Origin: Acidimicrobiia bacterium
Lineage (GTDB): Bacteria; Actinomycetota; Acidimicrobiia; Spongiisociales; UBA11373
Length of the DNA: 64,000 nt
Assembly: GCA_016932695.1 (NCBI GenBank)
Contig: JAFGCH010000081.1
Span: 15,404 to 79,403 of the forward strand
Reading direction: 5' to 3'
Positions within the stretch are counted from its first letter, which is position 1. Every line of letters starts with the position of its first letter. The notes under the pieces were generated by a model. That model ran no database searches, was not told the origin of the DNA, and was given only the letters and a program-made list of their open reading frames with translations. This document shows, piece by piece, positions 1-8,584 of this stretch. A program made the position numbers and the translations under genes.

Positions 1-832
1 GCAGGTCGAGCAAGCCCCGGCCCGCCAGCGCCGCCAGCCCGGCCGCCAGGTCCACTCCGTCGGGGCCCGGCACCACCACCACTTCCCCCGGGCAATCCCG
101 CTCCCCCGGGGCCAGGACTACCGGGGCCCGCTCCCAAAGCCGAGCCCCGGCGGGCAGCGGGCGCCGGCCCGCCACCACCACCGGACGGGGCTGCGGCCCC
201 CGGTACCCCGGCAAGCGCACCGTCAGCCGCGGGTCGTCGACAGCCAGCGTGCCGGCCCCCACCATCACCGCGTCCGCCTCCGCCCGCAGACGATGACCGT
301 CCGCCCGGGCCTCGGCCGAAGTGATCCACTGCGAAGTCCCGTCTGCCGCCCCTGCCTGGCCGTCGAGGGTCAGAGCGGCCTTCAGGGTGAGGCGGGGCCG
401 CCCGGTGCGGCGCTGGTGGAAGTACGCCGGGTCCATGGCCTCCACCGCCGCGGCGGCAATGCCGGAGTGCACTTCGAGCCCTCCCGCCCGGAGCCGGGCC
501 AGGCCCCGCCCCGACACTCGTTCGTCGGGGTCCACCGCTCCCACCACCACCCGCGCCACCCCCGCCGCCAGGATGGACGCGGTGCAGGGCGGGGTCCGCC
601 CGGTGTGGTCGCAGGGCTCGAGAGTGACGACCAGCGTCCCTCCCGCCGCCCGCAGCCCCGCCTGTCCCAGGGCGACCACTTCCGCATGGGGCCGGCCCGG
701 GCCCTCGTGGGCCGCCCGCCCGACCACCATCCCGGCGGCGTCGAGCACCAGCGCGCCGACCCGGGGGTTGGGGTGGGGCCGGGTGGGCGCGGCCAGGGTG
801 ATCGCCTCGCTCATCAGCCGCTCGTAGTCCAT
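1..832 (-). CDS. ribD: Riboflavin biosynthesis protein RibD (deaminase/reductase), 3'-truncated by the window edge; start ATG at 830-832
   Basis: Manual minus-strand translation gives MDYERLMSEAITLAAPTRPHPNPRVGALVLD...GRPHAEVVALGQAGLRAAGGTLVVTLEPCDHTG, which are CMP/dCMP-type deaminase motifs (HAE, PC..C). The frame runs off position 1, so it is absent from the ORF track. Confidence 0.8.
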   Translation of the reverse strand, partial: MDYERLMSEAITLAAPTRPHPNPRVGALVLDAAGMVVGRAAHEGPGRPHAEVVALGQAGLRAAGGTLVVTLEPCDHTGRTPPCTASILAAGVARVVVGAVDPDERVSGRGLARLRAGGLEVHSGIAAAAVEAMDPAYFHQRRTGRPRLTLKAALTLDGQAGAADGTSQWITSAEARADGHRLRAEADAVMVGAGTLAVDDPRLTVRLPGYRGPQPRPVVVAGRRPLPAGARLWERAPVVLAPGERDCPGEVVVVPGPDGVDLAAGLAALAGRGLLDL

Positions 833-879
833 GCCGGTCTCCGCATCATGGGGCGCGCGGCCGCGAACGAGCGGCGCGA

Positions 880-1005
880 GCCCTCCTTCTCCCATCCGGA
901 CTGTCACCGTCGGCCCCGGGATCACACCGGGTCGGCCCCCAAAGGGGGGTTCGCGGGCTCTACCGCCGGTCGGGAATTGCACCCCGCCCTGAAGAAGGGC
1001 CTAAC
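880..1005 (-). ncRNA. FMN riboswitch (RFN element) in the ribD leader
   Basis: The minus-strand leader reads ...CCUUCUUCAGGGCGGGGUGCAAUUCCCGACCGGCGGUAGAGCCCGCGAACC...GGCCGACGGUGACAGUCCGGAUGGGAGAAGGAGGG. It matches the conserved RFN cores GGGCAGGGUGAAAUUCCCGACCGGCGGUA, AGCCCGCGA and GCCGACAGU..GGAUGGGAGAAGG, and lies directly 5' of the ribD ATG. Confidence 0.75.
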
Positions 1006-1043
1006 GAGGGCATTCTACCGGCCGCGCCGGGCCGCCCCAGAGG

Positions 1044-1973
1044 TCAGCGACTGCGGCGGTCCACCTTGTAGCAGGAGCCGGCCTCGTGCTTGGCGTGCTC
1101 CTTCATCTCTGAGGCCACCGCCGACGCTTCCCACTCGCTGGTGAACGTTCGCCGCAGGTTGGTGGCAACGCCCATGGAGATGGAGACGATGGGGAACGCA
1201 TGGCGCTCTCCCCGGCGGTCGATGACCTCCACGAAGCCGCGCAGGGCATCCTGGGGGTCGTAGAAGTCCAGGATGCCATCGTCGAAGCGGTCCACGACCG
1301 TCTTGCAGAAGGTCTCGGCGACGTCGGGCTGCATGACCGCGATGAAGTCGTCCCCGCCTACGTGCCCCACGAAGCACGACGCGTCGTCGGTCTCCACCGC
1401 CGCCTGCACCAGGACGTTGGCGGTGAACTTGATGACGTTGTCACCCCGCATGAAGCCGTAGTGGTCGTTGAAGGCCTTGAAGTTGTCCAGGTCGGCGTGG
1501 ACCACCGCCATAGGCCGCCCGCTGGCCACCCGGCGCTGCAACTCCTCGGCGATGCGGAAGTTCCCCGGCAACGCGGTGAGGGGCGACAGGTCGCGCATTG
1601 CCTTCGAGCGGCGCAGTACCGCGCCCACCCGGGCCACCAGCTCCTCTATGTCGAACGGCTTGGTGATGTAGTCGTCGGCCCCCAGCTCCAGCCCGCGTAC
1701 CCGATCGCGCGAGTCGGTCCGCGCCGTCAGCAGCACCACCGAAACGCTGGACGTGGCCGGGTTCACCCGCAGCCGGCTCAACAGCTCCAGGCCGTCGAGG
1801 TCGGGCATCAGGATGTCGAGCAGGATGAGATCCGGGGGGCGCTCCAGGGCGACACGCAAGCCGGCGATGCCCTCGGTGACCGCGCTCACCTCGTAGCCCT
1901 CGCGCTCGAGGCTCATGCGGACGAAGCGCACGACGTCGGCGTCGTCATCGATGACCAAGATGTGTTCGCTCAT
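1044..1973 (-). CDS. Response regulator with CheY-like receiver domain fused to a GGDEF (diguanylate cyclase-type) domain; signature motif reads GGDDF
   Basis: N-terminal receiver (LVIDDD...LLDILMPDLDG...LLTAR...GADDYITKPF), then D.LT.LPN, ADLDNFKAFNDHYG and HVGGDDFIAV, typical of GGDEF domains. Confidence 0.8.
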   Translation of the reverse strand: MSEHILVIDDDADVVRFVRMSLEREGYEVSAVTEGIAGLRVALERPPDLILLDILMPDLDGLELLSRLRVNPATSSVSVVLLTARTDSRDRVRGLELGADDYITKPFDIEELVARVGAVLRRSKAMRDLSPLTALPGNFRIAEELQRRVASGRPMAVVHADLDNFKAFNDHYGFMRGDNVIKFTANVLVQAAVETDDASCFVGHVGGDDFIAVMQPDVAETFCKTVVDRFDDGILDFYDPQDALRGFVEVIDRRGERHAFPIVSISMGVATNLRRTFTSEWEASAVASEMKEHAKHEAGSCYKVDRRSR

Positions 1974-2636
1974 CTAGTCCCGGACCGCGGCTCGGAGTTC
2001 CTCGACGGCTCCCACCGGATCGGGCGCACGGACGACCGCGGTGCCGGCCACGAAGGCATCGGCGCCGGCTCTCCGGGCGAGCCGAGCGGTATCCGGTGTG
2101 ATGCCGCCATCGATCTCGATATCGGCAGCGAGACCCCGCGAGTCAATGAGCTTTCGGGCCGCCTCGACCTTTTCCAGCACCTCGGGGATGAAGCCCTGTC
2201 CGCCGAACCCGGGGTTCACCGACATCACGAGCAGGAGGTCGCACAACTCCAGGAAGGGAGCCACTGCAGCGAACGGGGTCGGCGGGTTGAGCACCAGGCC
2301 GAACTGGAGGCCCAGGTCGCGGGCCGCCGCGGCCGCCCGGGCCGGGTCGGGGTAGACCTCGATGTGCACCGTCACGCTGTTCGCCCCGGCCTTCGCCAGC
2401 GCCTCGAACAGTGCCATGGGGTTGGTGACCATCAAATGGGCGTCGAAGAACAGGCGCGAGACGTGCCGCAGCGAGGCGATCACCGGAGGCCCGTAGGAGA
2501 GGTTGGGCACGAAGTGCCCGTCCATGATGTCCAGGTGCAGGAAGTCGAGATACGGCTCGATACGGCCGAGCTCCTCACCCAAGCGGGCGAAGTCGGCGTT
2601 CAGGATCGAAGCGGCGATGCGAGCAGGCTTGGCCAC
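1974..2636 (-). CDS. rpe: Ribulose-phosphate 3-epimerase; the ORF-track N-terminus is over-extended, and the likely start is the GTG at 2634-2636
   Basis: ASILNADFARLGEEL...LHLDIMDGHFVPN...HLMV..P...VHIE...GLVLNP.TP...VMSVNPGFGGQ.F...IDGGI are Rpe family motifs. Confidence 0.85.
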   Translation of the reverse strand: MAKPARIAASILNADFARLGEELGRIEPYLDFLHLDIMDGHFVPNLSYGPPVIASLRHVSRLFFDAHLMVTNPMALFEALAKAGANSVTVHIEVYPDPARAAAAARDLGLQFGLVLNPPTPFAAVAPFLELCDLLLVMSVNPGFGGQGFIPEVLEKVEAARKLIDSRGLAADIEIDGGITPDTARLARRAGADAFVAGTAVVRAPDPVGAVEELRAAVRD

Positions 2637-2686
2637 CGGCCGAGTGTATCGCGGGAGTAGCCGCCGGCCGCTCGCGCCTGTGAAGC

Positions 2687-3061
2687 TCACCAGTAGGCGA
2701 AGCGGAGCACCACGGCCGGAATGGCGAGCAGCCAGAACCCGGCGAAGATCAGCAGGCCGCCCCGATCTCGCTTCTCGGCGTAGTAACCCGGCGAGGCAGC
2801 CAGGGAGTAGACGAGGAGCCCGAGGCCGAAGGAGGACAGCACGGCCGACCAGGCGGCAGTGTGATCGGCCAGGATGGCAGCTCCCCCGGCGAGCAACGCC
2901 ACAGCGGTGGCGTATTCGGCGGCGATGTGGAACCAGATGTCGATCCGCCCTGCAGACACCTCGGGCACGCGCCGCGCCGCCAGGGCAACCGTCCAGAAGC
3001 CCCCCATTCCGGCGCCGGTGAGAAGCGACACCACCGCGATGTAGCACAACCCAGGGGGCAT
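2687..3061 (-). CDS. Small hypothetical integral membrane protein
   Basis: 124-aa ORF with 3-4 hydrophobic helices, transcribed divergently from ppk2. I recognise no family. Confidence 0.4.
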   Translation of the reverse strand: MPPGLCYIAVVSLLTGAGMGGFWTVALAARRVPEVSAGRIDIWFHIAAEYATAVALLAGGAAILADHTAAWSAVLSSFGLGLLVYSLAASPGYYAEKRDRGGLLIFAGFWLLAIPAVVLRFAYW

Positions 3062-3138
3062 CGGGGCGACCTCCTTTTCTCGGCAGGCTAGTTCGGGCCG
3101 TTGCCGCCCCGGCCGCCGCCGGGGCCTACGCTGACGCC

Positions 3139-3945
3139 ATGGACCGCTACCGCATCCCGCCCGACACCACCGTGGATCTGGCCGCCTTCGACCCGGGCGA
3201 CACCGCCGGGCTCGAAGAGAAGGAGGCCAAGGAGCGCGTTGCCGCCCTCAACCGCCGCCTGGAGGGCCTCCAGGAGCTGCTCTACGCCGAGGGGAAACAC
3301 CGGGTGCTGGTGGTACTCCAAGCCACCGACACCGGCGGCAAGGACGGGGTCATCCGCCACGTCTTCGACGGGGTCAACCCCCAGGGAGTGAAAGTGGCCT
3401 CGTTCGGACGCCCGACCGAGAAGGCGCTGGCCCACGACTACCTCTGGCGGGTGCACCCGCACACCCCCGGCTCCGGGGAGATGGTGATCTTCAACCGCAG
3501 CCACTACGAGGACGTGCTGGTCGTGAGAGTGCACGGGCTGGTGCCCGAGGGGGTGTGGAGCCGGCGCTATGCCCAGATCAACGCCTGGGAACGCCTCCTG
3601 GCCGAGGAGGGCACCACCATCCTCAAGTTCTTCCTCCACATCTCCCCCGAAGAGCAGGCCGAGCGCCTGGCGGCACGCCGCGACGACCCCGCCAAGCGCT
3701 GGAAGTTCAGCCGGGGCGACCTCGAGGAGCGCGGGCGGTGGAGTGCCTACCGGGCGGCTTACGAGGAGGTCTTGTCCCGCACCAGCACCCCGTGGGCGCC
3801 CTGGTATGTCGTCCCCGCCGACCGCAAATGGTTCCGGAACTTGGTGGTGGCCACGACCCTCGTCGACGCCCTGGAGAGCCTCCACATGGCCTACCCGGAC
3901 CCCGGCGAGGACCTGACCGCCGTGCTCATCCCTCCGGCGGGGTGA
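3139..3945 (+). CDS. ppk2: Polyphosphate kinase 2 family protein (polyphosphate:nucleotide phosphotransferase)
   Basis: Walker A ATDTGGKDG, FNRSHYEDVLVVRVHG and PWYVVPADRKWFRN are characteristic of single-domain PPK2. It is one of the few plus-strand genes. Confidence 0.85.
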   Translation: MDRYRIPPDTTVDLAAFDPGDTAGLEEKEAKERVAALNRRLEGLQELLYAEGKHRVLVVLQATDTGGKDGVIRHVFDGVNPQGVKVASFGRPTEKALAHDYLWRVHPHTPGSGEMVIFNRSHYEDVLVVRVHGLVPEGVWSRRYAQINAWERLLAEEGTTILKFFLHISPEEQAERLAARRDDPAKRWKFSRGDLEERGRWSAYRAAYEEVLSRTSTPWAPWYVVPADRKWFRNLVVATTLVDALESLHMAYPDPGEDLTAVLIPPAG

Positions 3946-4852
3946 ACCGCGCCGGCTGCAGCCTCCGGCCCCGCATCCACTCCCCCGCCGTCATCCGTCG
4001 CCGTCCCTCCGGCTGGACTTCGAGGAGTTCCACTGCGCCGTCGGGGACCCCCAGCAGCACCTTGCCCTCCACCGCCTCCACCCGGCCGGGCTCGGGGCCC
4101 GGGTTCTCGACCGCCCGGGCTCCCCACAGCTTCAGGCGTACCCCGTCCAGTTCGGTCCAGGCGCCGGGCTTCGGATCGAAAGCCCGCACCGCCCGCACCA
4201 CCGCCTCACACCGGTGGCGGGTGGGGTCCACGAAAGCCTCCTCCGCTCGTACCCGAGCGGCGGCGGTGACCCCGGCGGCCGGCTGAGGCCGCGGGGCCAC
4301 TTCGCCGGCAACGTACGCCGGAAGGTGCGCCGCCAGCATCGCCGCCCCGATCTCCGCCAGGCGGGCGGCGAGCTCACCTGCGGTCTCCTCGGGCCCCACG
4401 CCCGTCGGATGCATGGCCAGCACCGGGCCCGTGTCCATGCCGGCATCCAACTGCATGAGGGTGACTCCGGTCAGTTCGTCGCCGGCCAGGATCGCCCTGA
4501 CCACCGGGCTCGCCCCGCGCCATCGGGGCAGCAGGGAGAAGTGCACGTTGACGAACCCGCAGCGCGGCGCCTCGAGCAGCTCGGACGGCAGGATCTGCCC
4601 GTAGGCCACCACCACGGCCACATCGACGGCCAGGGATCGCAGCCTTTCGAGGTCCTGGGCGGCGCGCCCCGGCTGGCTCACCGGCAGGCCCAGCGCGGCA
4701 GCAGCCTCCTTCACCGGCGGCGCCTGGGGCCGGCCGGATCGGCCCCGCGCCTTGTCGGGCCGGGTGGTCACCAGGGCCACCTCCGCCATCTGCACCAGCG
4801 CCCGCAACGACGGCACCGCCTCCACCGGGGTGCCGTAGAAGACCGCTCTCAC
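3926..4852 (-). CDS. fmt: Methionyl-tRNA formyltransferase; the GTG start at 4850-4852 overlaps the def stop (GTGA)
   Basis: VRAVFYGTP...VVAYGQILP...NVHFSLLPRWRGASPV..AI..GD..TGVTLMQLDAGMDTGP are Fmt motifs, and the gene is adjacent to def. Confidence 0.85.
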   Translation of the reverse strand: MRAVFYGTPVEAVPSLRALVQMAEVALVTTRPDKARGRSGRPQAPPVKEAAAALGLPVSQPGRAAQDLERLRSLAVDVAVVVAYGQILPSELLEAPRCGFVNVHFSLLPRWRGASPVVRAILAGDELTGVTLMQLDAGMDTGPVLAMHPTGVGPEETAGELAARLAEIGAAMLAAHLPAYVAGEVAPRPQPAAGVTAAARVRAEEAFVDPTRHRCEAVVRAVRAFDPKPGAWTELDGVRLKLWGARAVENPGPEPGRVEAVEGKVLLGVPDGAVELLEVQPEGRRRMTAGEWMRGRRLQPARFTPPEG

Positions 4853-5352
4853 CGACCTTCCCCTCGCAGCATCTCCTCCTCGCGGATCTCCTTCAACGCC
4901 TGCTTGCGGGCCCGCCGGGGCAGGCGCTCCAGCAGGAGGATGCCGCCGATGTGATCGATCTCGTGCTGCAGCACCCGCCCGAGGAGTTCCTCGCCGGCGT
5001 ACTCGATCTCCTTGCCGGCCAGGTTCAGCCCCCGGGCCCGGGCAAACCCGGGACGGCGGACCGGCCAGTAGCGCCCCGGCACCGACAGGCACCCTTCATC
5101 GAAGGTCCACGATCCGGAGGTCTCCAACAGCACCGGGTTGATCAAGTGATGCGGGCCGTCCCCGATGTCGAAGATCACCACCTGCAGGGCGACGCCTATC
5201 TGTGGCGCCGCCAGGCCCACCCCGGGGGCGCGGTACATCGTCTCGAACATGTCGTCGACCAGGCGCCGGATGTCCCCGTCGATTCGGGCCACCGGCGCCG
5301 CCGGGGTGCGCAGGACGGGGTCCGGGTACACCCGGATGGGGAAGATGGCCAA
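4849..5352 (-). CDS. def: Peptide deformylase
   Basis: GVGLAAPQIG, EGCLSVPG and QHEIDHIGG are the three PDF motifs. Confidence 0.9.
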   Translation of the reverse strand: MAIFPIRVYPDPVLRTPAAPVARIDGDIRRLVDDMFETMYRAPGVGLAAPQIGVALQVVIFDIGDGPHHLINPVLLETSGSWTFDEGCLSVPGRYWPVRRPGFARARGLNLAGKEIEYAGEELLGRVLQHEIDHIGGILLLERLPRRARKQALKEIREEEMLRGEGR

Positions 5353-5388
5353 GGTGCCTCCAGTGCCTCTTCGGCAGACTAGCCCCGG

Positions 5389-7149
5389 TCAGAGGTCGAT
5401 CGGGTCGGCGTCCACCCGCACCCGGGCCCCGGCGTCCCGCCAGTCCTGGACCAGGCGTCGCAGCATCAGACGGGGGCCGTGGAGATCGCGCCCTTGGAGC
5501 AGCCACCTCAGCCGATCGCCCCGTTCCGCCGGCCCGTGCACCTCGGCCCGCCCGGCGACGGCCGACCGCAGGGAGGCGTCGGCGCCCTCCGGCACCCCGG
5601 CCGCCTCCACCACCAGGATCTCCCCCGCCGGTGGGAAGCCGACCGCCGCCCGCCGCGCCATTTCGTCTCCCAGCAGCGGCAGCGGGTCCCCGCGGCGCAG
5701 GGCGCCCAGTGCCGGATGGGTCGGGTCGGCGGTCTGCACCAAGGCCCGGCGCCCCCGCCCCGGGCCGGCGGCAGCGGCAACCCGGGCCAGCAGGCGCAAG
5801 CCATCTTCCACGGCGCGGTAGTGCGGGGCACGCAGCAGTCCGTCGGCGTCTACCACTACCCCCAGGTCCACGGGCTGCAGCCCGGCGAGGTCGCGTTCGG
5901 TGCCGACGACCACGTTCCTGCCGGTCCCCGCCTCTCCGACGGCCCCCCGCCCGAGGAAGCCGCCCAGCTCGGCCACCAGGCGCCCCACCGCCGCCCCGAG
6001 GGCCTCGAAGCGCCGCCCCCCGCAGCGAAGGCAAGGTCCCAGGGCTACCCCGCAGCGCGGGCAGGATCCGCCGGCATCGGGACGAGCCCCGCACCGGGGG
6101 CAGACGCGCAGGGTACGGCAGCTCGTGCAGCGCAGAGCCGGGGCCCGGGTCTCGGCGAGCACGAAGGCCCGCTTTCCCTCGGCCACCACCGCCCGGAGGG
6201 CCTGCCGGCCCCGTTCGCCGATCAACCCGCTCCCGGGCGGCTCGGCAGTGCGATCCACCACCTCGACCAGCCCCCAGAGGCGCCCGCCGTAACGCACCAG
6301 CGCCGGGGCGCGCTCCAGCGCCTCGCCGGTGGGGACCGCCCCACAGAGCACCAGGGGGAAGCGCTGCACCGCCGAACGGCGCCACAGCAGGTCGCGAGCG
6401 TGGAGAGTGGGAGTAGCCCGATCCTTCAGGCCCCGACGGCCTTCGTCGACCACCACCGCCAGGGCCAGGCCGCCCACCGGCCACAGCGCCACTTCCCTGG
6501 TGCCCACCACGAGGCGTCCGGGTTGAGCGGCTGCCTCCCAAGCCGCGGTCAGGGCCGCACCCCCATCTTCGGCAAGGACGGCCACCACCCTCGCCCCGAA
6601 GCGCTCCCCCAGGTGCGCCGCCAGCGAGCGAGCCTCGGCCACCGCGGGCACCACCACCAGCACGCTGCGCCCCGACGCCAGGACCGGTGCCGCCAAGCCG
6701 GCCAGCGGCGCCGCCCAGGGGCCCGGCCCCAGCAGGTATCGGGCCCCCAGGTGCTCCCCGGCCGCGGCCGCCGCCGACACCTCGGGCAGCACCGAAGCCC
6801 CGCACGATGGCACCGGGGGCAACTCCCCTCCCCGTCGGCGCCGCGGCAAGTTGGGCGGGGCCGCCTTCGCCAGCAGCACCGGCAGCGGGGCCACGTAGTG
6901 CGTGGCCGCCCAGCGCATCACCTCGAGCAGGCTGCGGTCGAAAACCGGCATCTCGCCGCGCCGGGAGACAACGGGCCGCAGTCCCGGCCGGGCTGCCTCT
7001 CCTGTGGCAACGACGAAGCCACCCACCCTCCTGCCCCCGAGGGGGATGCGCACCATCGCCCCTACCTCGACGTCGATGCCCGCGGGTACCTCATAAGCGA
7101 AGCCGTCGTCGACGGCGAAGGTAGGGAGATCCGGCACCACCCGGGCCAC
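5389..7149 (-). CDS. priA: Primosomal protein N' (PriA) with degenerate helicase motifs; the ORF-track N-terminus is over-extended, and the likely start is the GTG at 7147-7149
   Basis: The N-terminal 3'-DNA-binding region (VPDLPTFAVDDGFAYEVPAGIDVEVGAMVRIPLGGRRVGGFVV) and the Cys-rich zinc module (CTSCRTLRVCPRCG...CPRCG...CLRCGG) are present. Walker A and DEEH positions read LLGPGPWAAPLAG and VVVDEGRRG. Confidence 0.75.
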   Translation of the reverse strand: MARVVPDLPTFAVDDGFAYEVPAGIDVEVGAMVRIPLGGRRVGGFVVATGEAARPGLRPVVSRRGEMPVFDRSLLEVMRWAATHYVAPLPVLLAKAAPPNLPRRRRGGELPPVPSCGASVLPEVSAAAAAGEHLGARYLLGPGPWAAPLAGLAAPVLASGRSVLVVVPAVAEARSLAAHLGERFGARVVAVLAEDGGAALTAAWEAAAQPGRLVVGTREVALWPVGGLALAVVVDEGRRGLKDRATPTLHARDLLWRRSAVQRFPLVLCGAVPTGEALERAPALVRYGGRLWGLVEVVDRTAEPPGSGLIGERGRQALRAVVAEGKRAFVLAETRAPALRCTSCRTLRVCPRCGARPDAGGSCPRCGVALGPCLRCGGRRFEALGAAVGRLVAELGGFLGRGAVGEAGTGRNVVVGTERDLAGLQPVDLGVVVDADGLLRAPHYRAVEDGLRLLARVAAAAGPGRGRRALVQTADPTHPALGALRRGDPLPLLGDEMARRAAVGFPPAGEILVVEAAGVPEGADASLRSAVAGRAEVHGPAERGDRLRWLLQGRDLHGPRLMLRRLVQDWRDAGARVRVDADPIDL

Positions 7150-7160
7150 GAGGGGCGCGC

Positions 7161-8351
7161 TCAGCGTGTGCCCCGGCTCCTCAGTTCGGCGATCCGCTCC
7201 CAGAGGCGGGCCGCCACCCGGCGCTTGGGAAGGCACTCCCAGGCCTCCACCGTGCCGTCGGGAAGGATCAGTGCGACCTGGTTGGTCTCGGTGCCGAAGC
7301 CCGAGCCGGCGGCCGTGACGTCGTTGGCCACGAGCAGATCCACTCCCTTTGAAGCCGCCTTGGCCACCGCCCCTTCCGCCGGACCCGTCTCGGCGGCGAA
7401 GCCCACCAGGAACGGCCGGTGAGCCAGCGCGGCCACCCCGGCCAGGATGTCCGGGGTGGGCTCCAGGGCCAGAGCCGGCGGGCCGTCGGCACGGCGCAGC
7501 TTGGTCGCGGCCGGCCGCGCCGGGCGGAAGTCCGCCACGGCCGCGGCCAACACTGCCACATCGCAGGCCTCGGCTCGGCCCCACACCGCCCGGGCCATCT
7601 CCTCGGCCGTCTCCACCCGCACCACCTCGAGCCCGGGGATCTCCGGTGGCTCGGCGGCAGTGATCAAGGTCACCGCGGCGCCGCGCGCCGCCGCCTCCTC
7701 GGCTACTGCATGGCCCATCTTCCCCGACGAGCGGTTCCCCAGGTAGCGCACCGGGTCTACGGGCTCGCGCGTCCCTCCCGCCGTCACCAGCACCCGCCAG
7801 CCGGCCAGGGCGCCCCCGCCCAGGGCCTGCTCCAGCGCGGCGAAGACCTCTTCGGGCTCCGCCATGCGCCCGGGCCCCACGTCGCCCCCGGCCAGCGGCC
7901 CGCTGGCCGGGCCCACGATGATGACCCCATCGGCCAGCAGCGCCGCCAGGTTGCGCTGGGTCGCGGGATGCGACCACATTTCCGAATGCATCGCCGGCGC
8001 CACCAGCACCGGGGCCCGGGTGGCCAGGACTACCGCCGAAAGCAGATCCTCACTGAGCCCCTGGGCCAGGCGGGACATGGTGGCGGCCGTCGCCGGGGCG
8101 ATGCACACCGCGTCAGCCCAGCGCGCCAGGTCGAGGTGGGGGGCCGGCGAGGCCTCTCCCCAGAAGTCGCGTTCGGGAGCCGTGCCGGTGATGCCCGCCA
8201 GGGTCGCCGGACCCAGGAAGTGGTGGGCCGAGTCGGTCAGCACCGTGCGCACCGCAGCCCCCGCCTGGACCAGCAGGCGGGCGAGGTGGGCGCTCTTGTA
8301 GGCGGCGACTCCCCCGGTGATGCCCAGGACGATGCGCCGGCCGGCGAGCAT
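7161..8351 (-). CDS. coaBC: Bifunctional phosphopantothenoylcysteine decarboxylase / phosphopantothenate-cysteine ligase
   Basis: RIVLGITGGVAAYKS at the N-terminus (flavoprotein domain), the C-terminal CoaB domain, and 396 aa in length. Confidence 0.9.
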   Translation of the reverse strand: MLAGRRIVLGITGGVAAYKSAHLARLLVQAGAAVRTVLTDSAHHFLGPATLAGITGTAPERDFWGEASPAPHLDLARWADAVCIAPATAATMSRLAQGLSEDLLSAVVLATRAPVLVAPAMHSEMWSHPATQRNLAALLADGVIIVGPASGPLAGGDVGPGRMAEPEEVFAALEQALGGGALAGWRVLVTAGGTREPVDPVRYLGNRSSGKMGHAVAEEAAARGAAVTLITAAEPPEIPGLEVVRVETAEEMARAVWGRAEACDVAVLAAAVADFRPARPAATKLRRADGPPALALEPTPDILAGVAALAHRPFLVGFAAETGPAEGAVAKAASKGVDLLVANDVTAAGSGFGTETNQVALILPDGTVEAWECLPKRRVAARLWERIAELRSRGTR

Positions 8352-8353
8352 CG

Positions 8354-8584
8354 CTACTCGCCGCGGTCGATGATCACCTTGTCGGCAGCGATCTCCTCGA
8401 AGGCGATCGACAGTGGCTTGCGCGACAGGGAGTGCACCTGGGGGGGCACGTAGGAGCCGAGGCCGTCCCCCAGTTGGTGGAAGTAGGCATTGATCTGGCG
8501 GGCGCGGCGCGCCGCCAGCACCACCAGCGCGAAGCGGTTCTGCGTCCGCTCCAGGACGGTCTCGATGGCAGGTTCGATCATCAT
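8354..8584 (-). CDS. rpoZ: DNA-directed RNA polymerase subunit omega; the real start is the internal MMIEPAIE, because the ORF-track ORF is an over-extension into gmk
   Basis: The 76-aa protein ...NRFALVVLAARRARQIN... matches RpoZ, and its position between coaBC and gmk is conserved in actinobacteria. Confidence 0.85.
   Translation of the reverse strand: MMIEPAIETVLERTQNRFALVVLAARRARQINAYFHQLGDGLGSYVPPQVHSLSRKPLSIAFEEIAADKVIIDRGE

Noticed and set aside
293-1144. 283-aa plus-strand ORF and others over 293-1377
   Set aside because: They are antisense to ribD and overlap the FMN riboswitch. The ribD frame carries unmistakable deaminase motifs, and these ORFs are low-complexity Arg/Pro/Gly sequence.
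1200-2660. 486-aa plus-strand ORF
   Set aside because: It is antisense to the CheY-GGDEF and rpe genes, with no motifs and a His/Arg/Gly-rich composition. It is a high-GC artefact.
5096-6805. 569-aa minus-strand ORF rich in Gly/Arg/Pro, and the overlapping 404-aa and 647-aa plus-strand ORFs at 5202..6416 and 5479..7422
   Set aside because: These are out-of-frame or antisense readings of priA. The composition is typical of GC-rich non-coding frames (Arg/Gly/Pro/Ala runs) with no recognisable domains. The priA frame explains the region.
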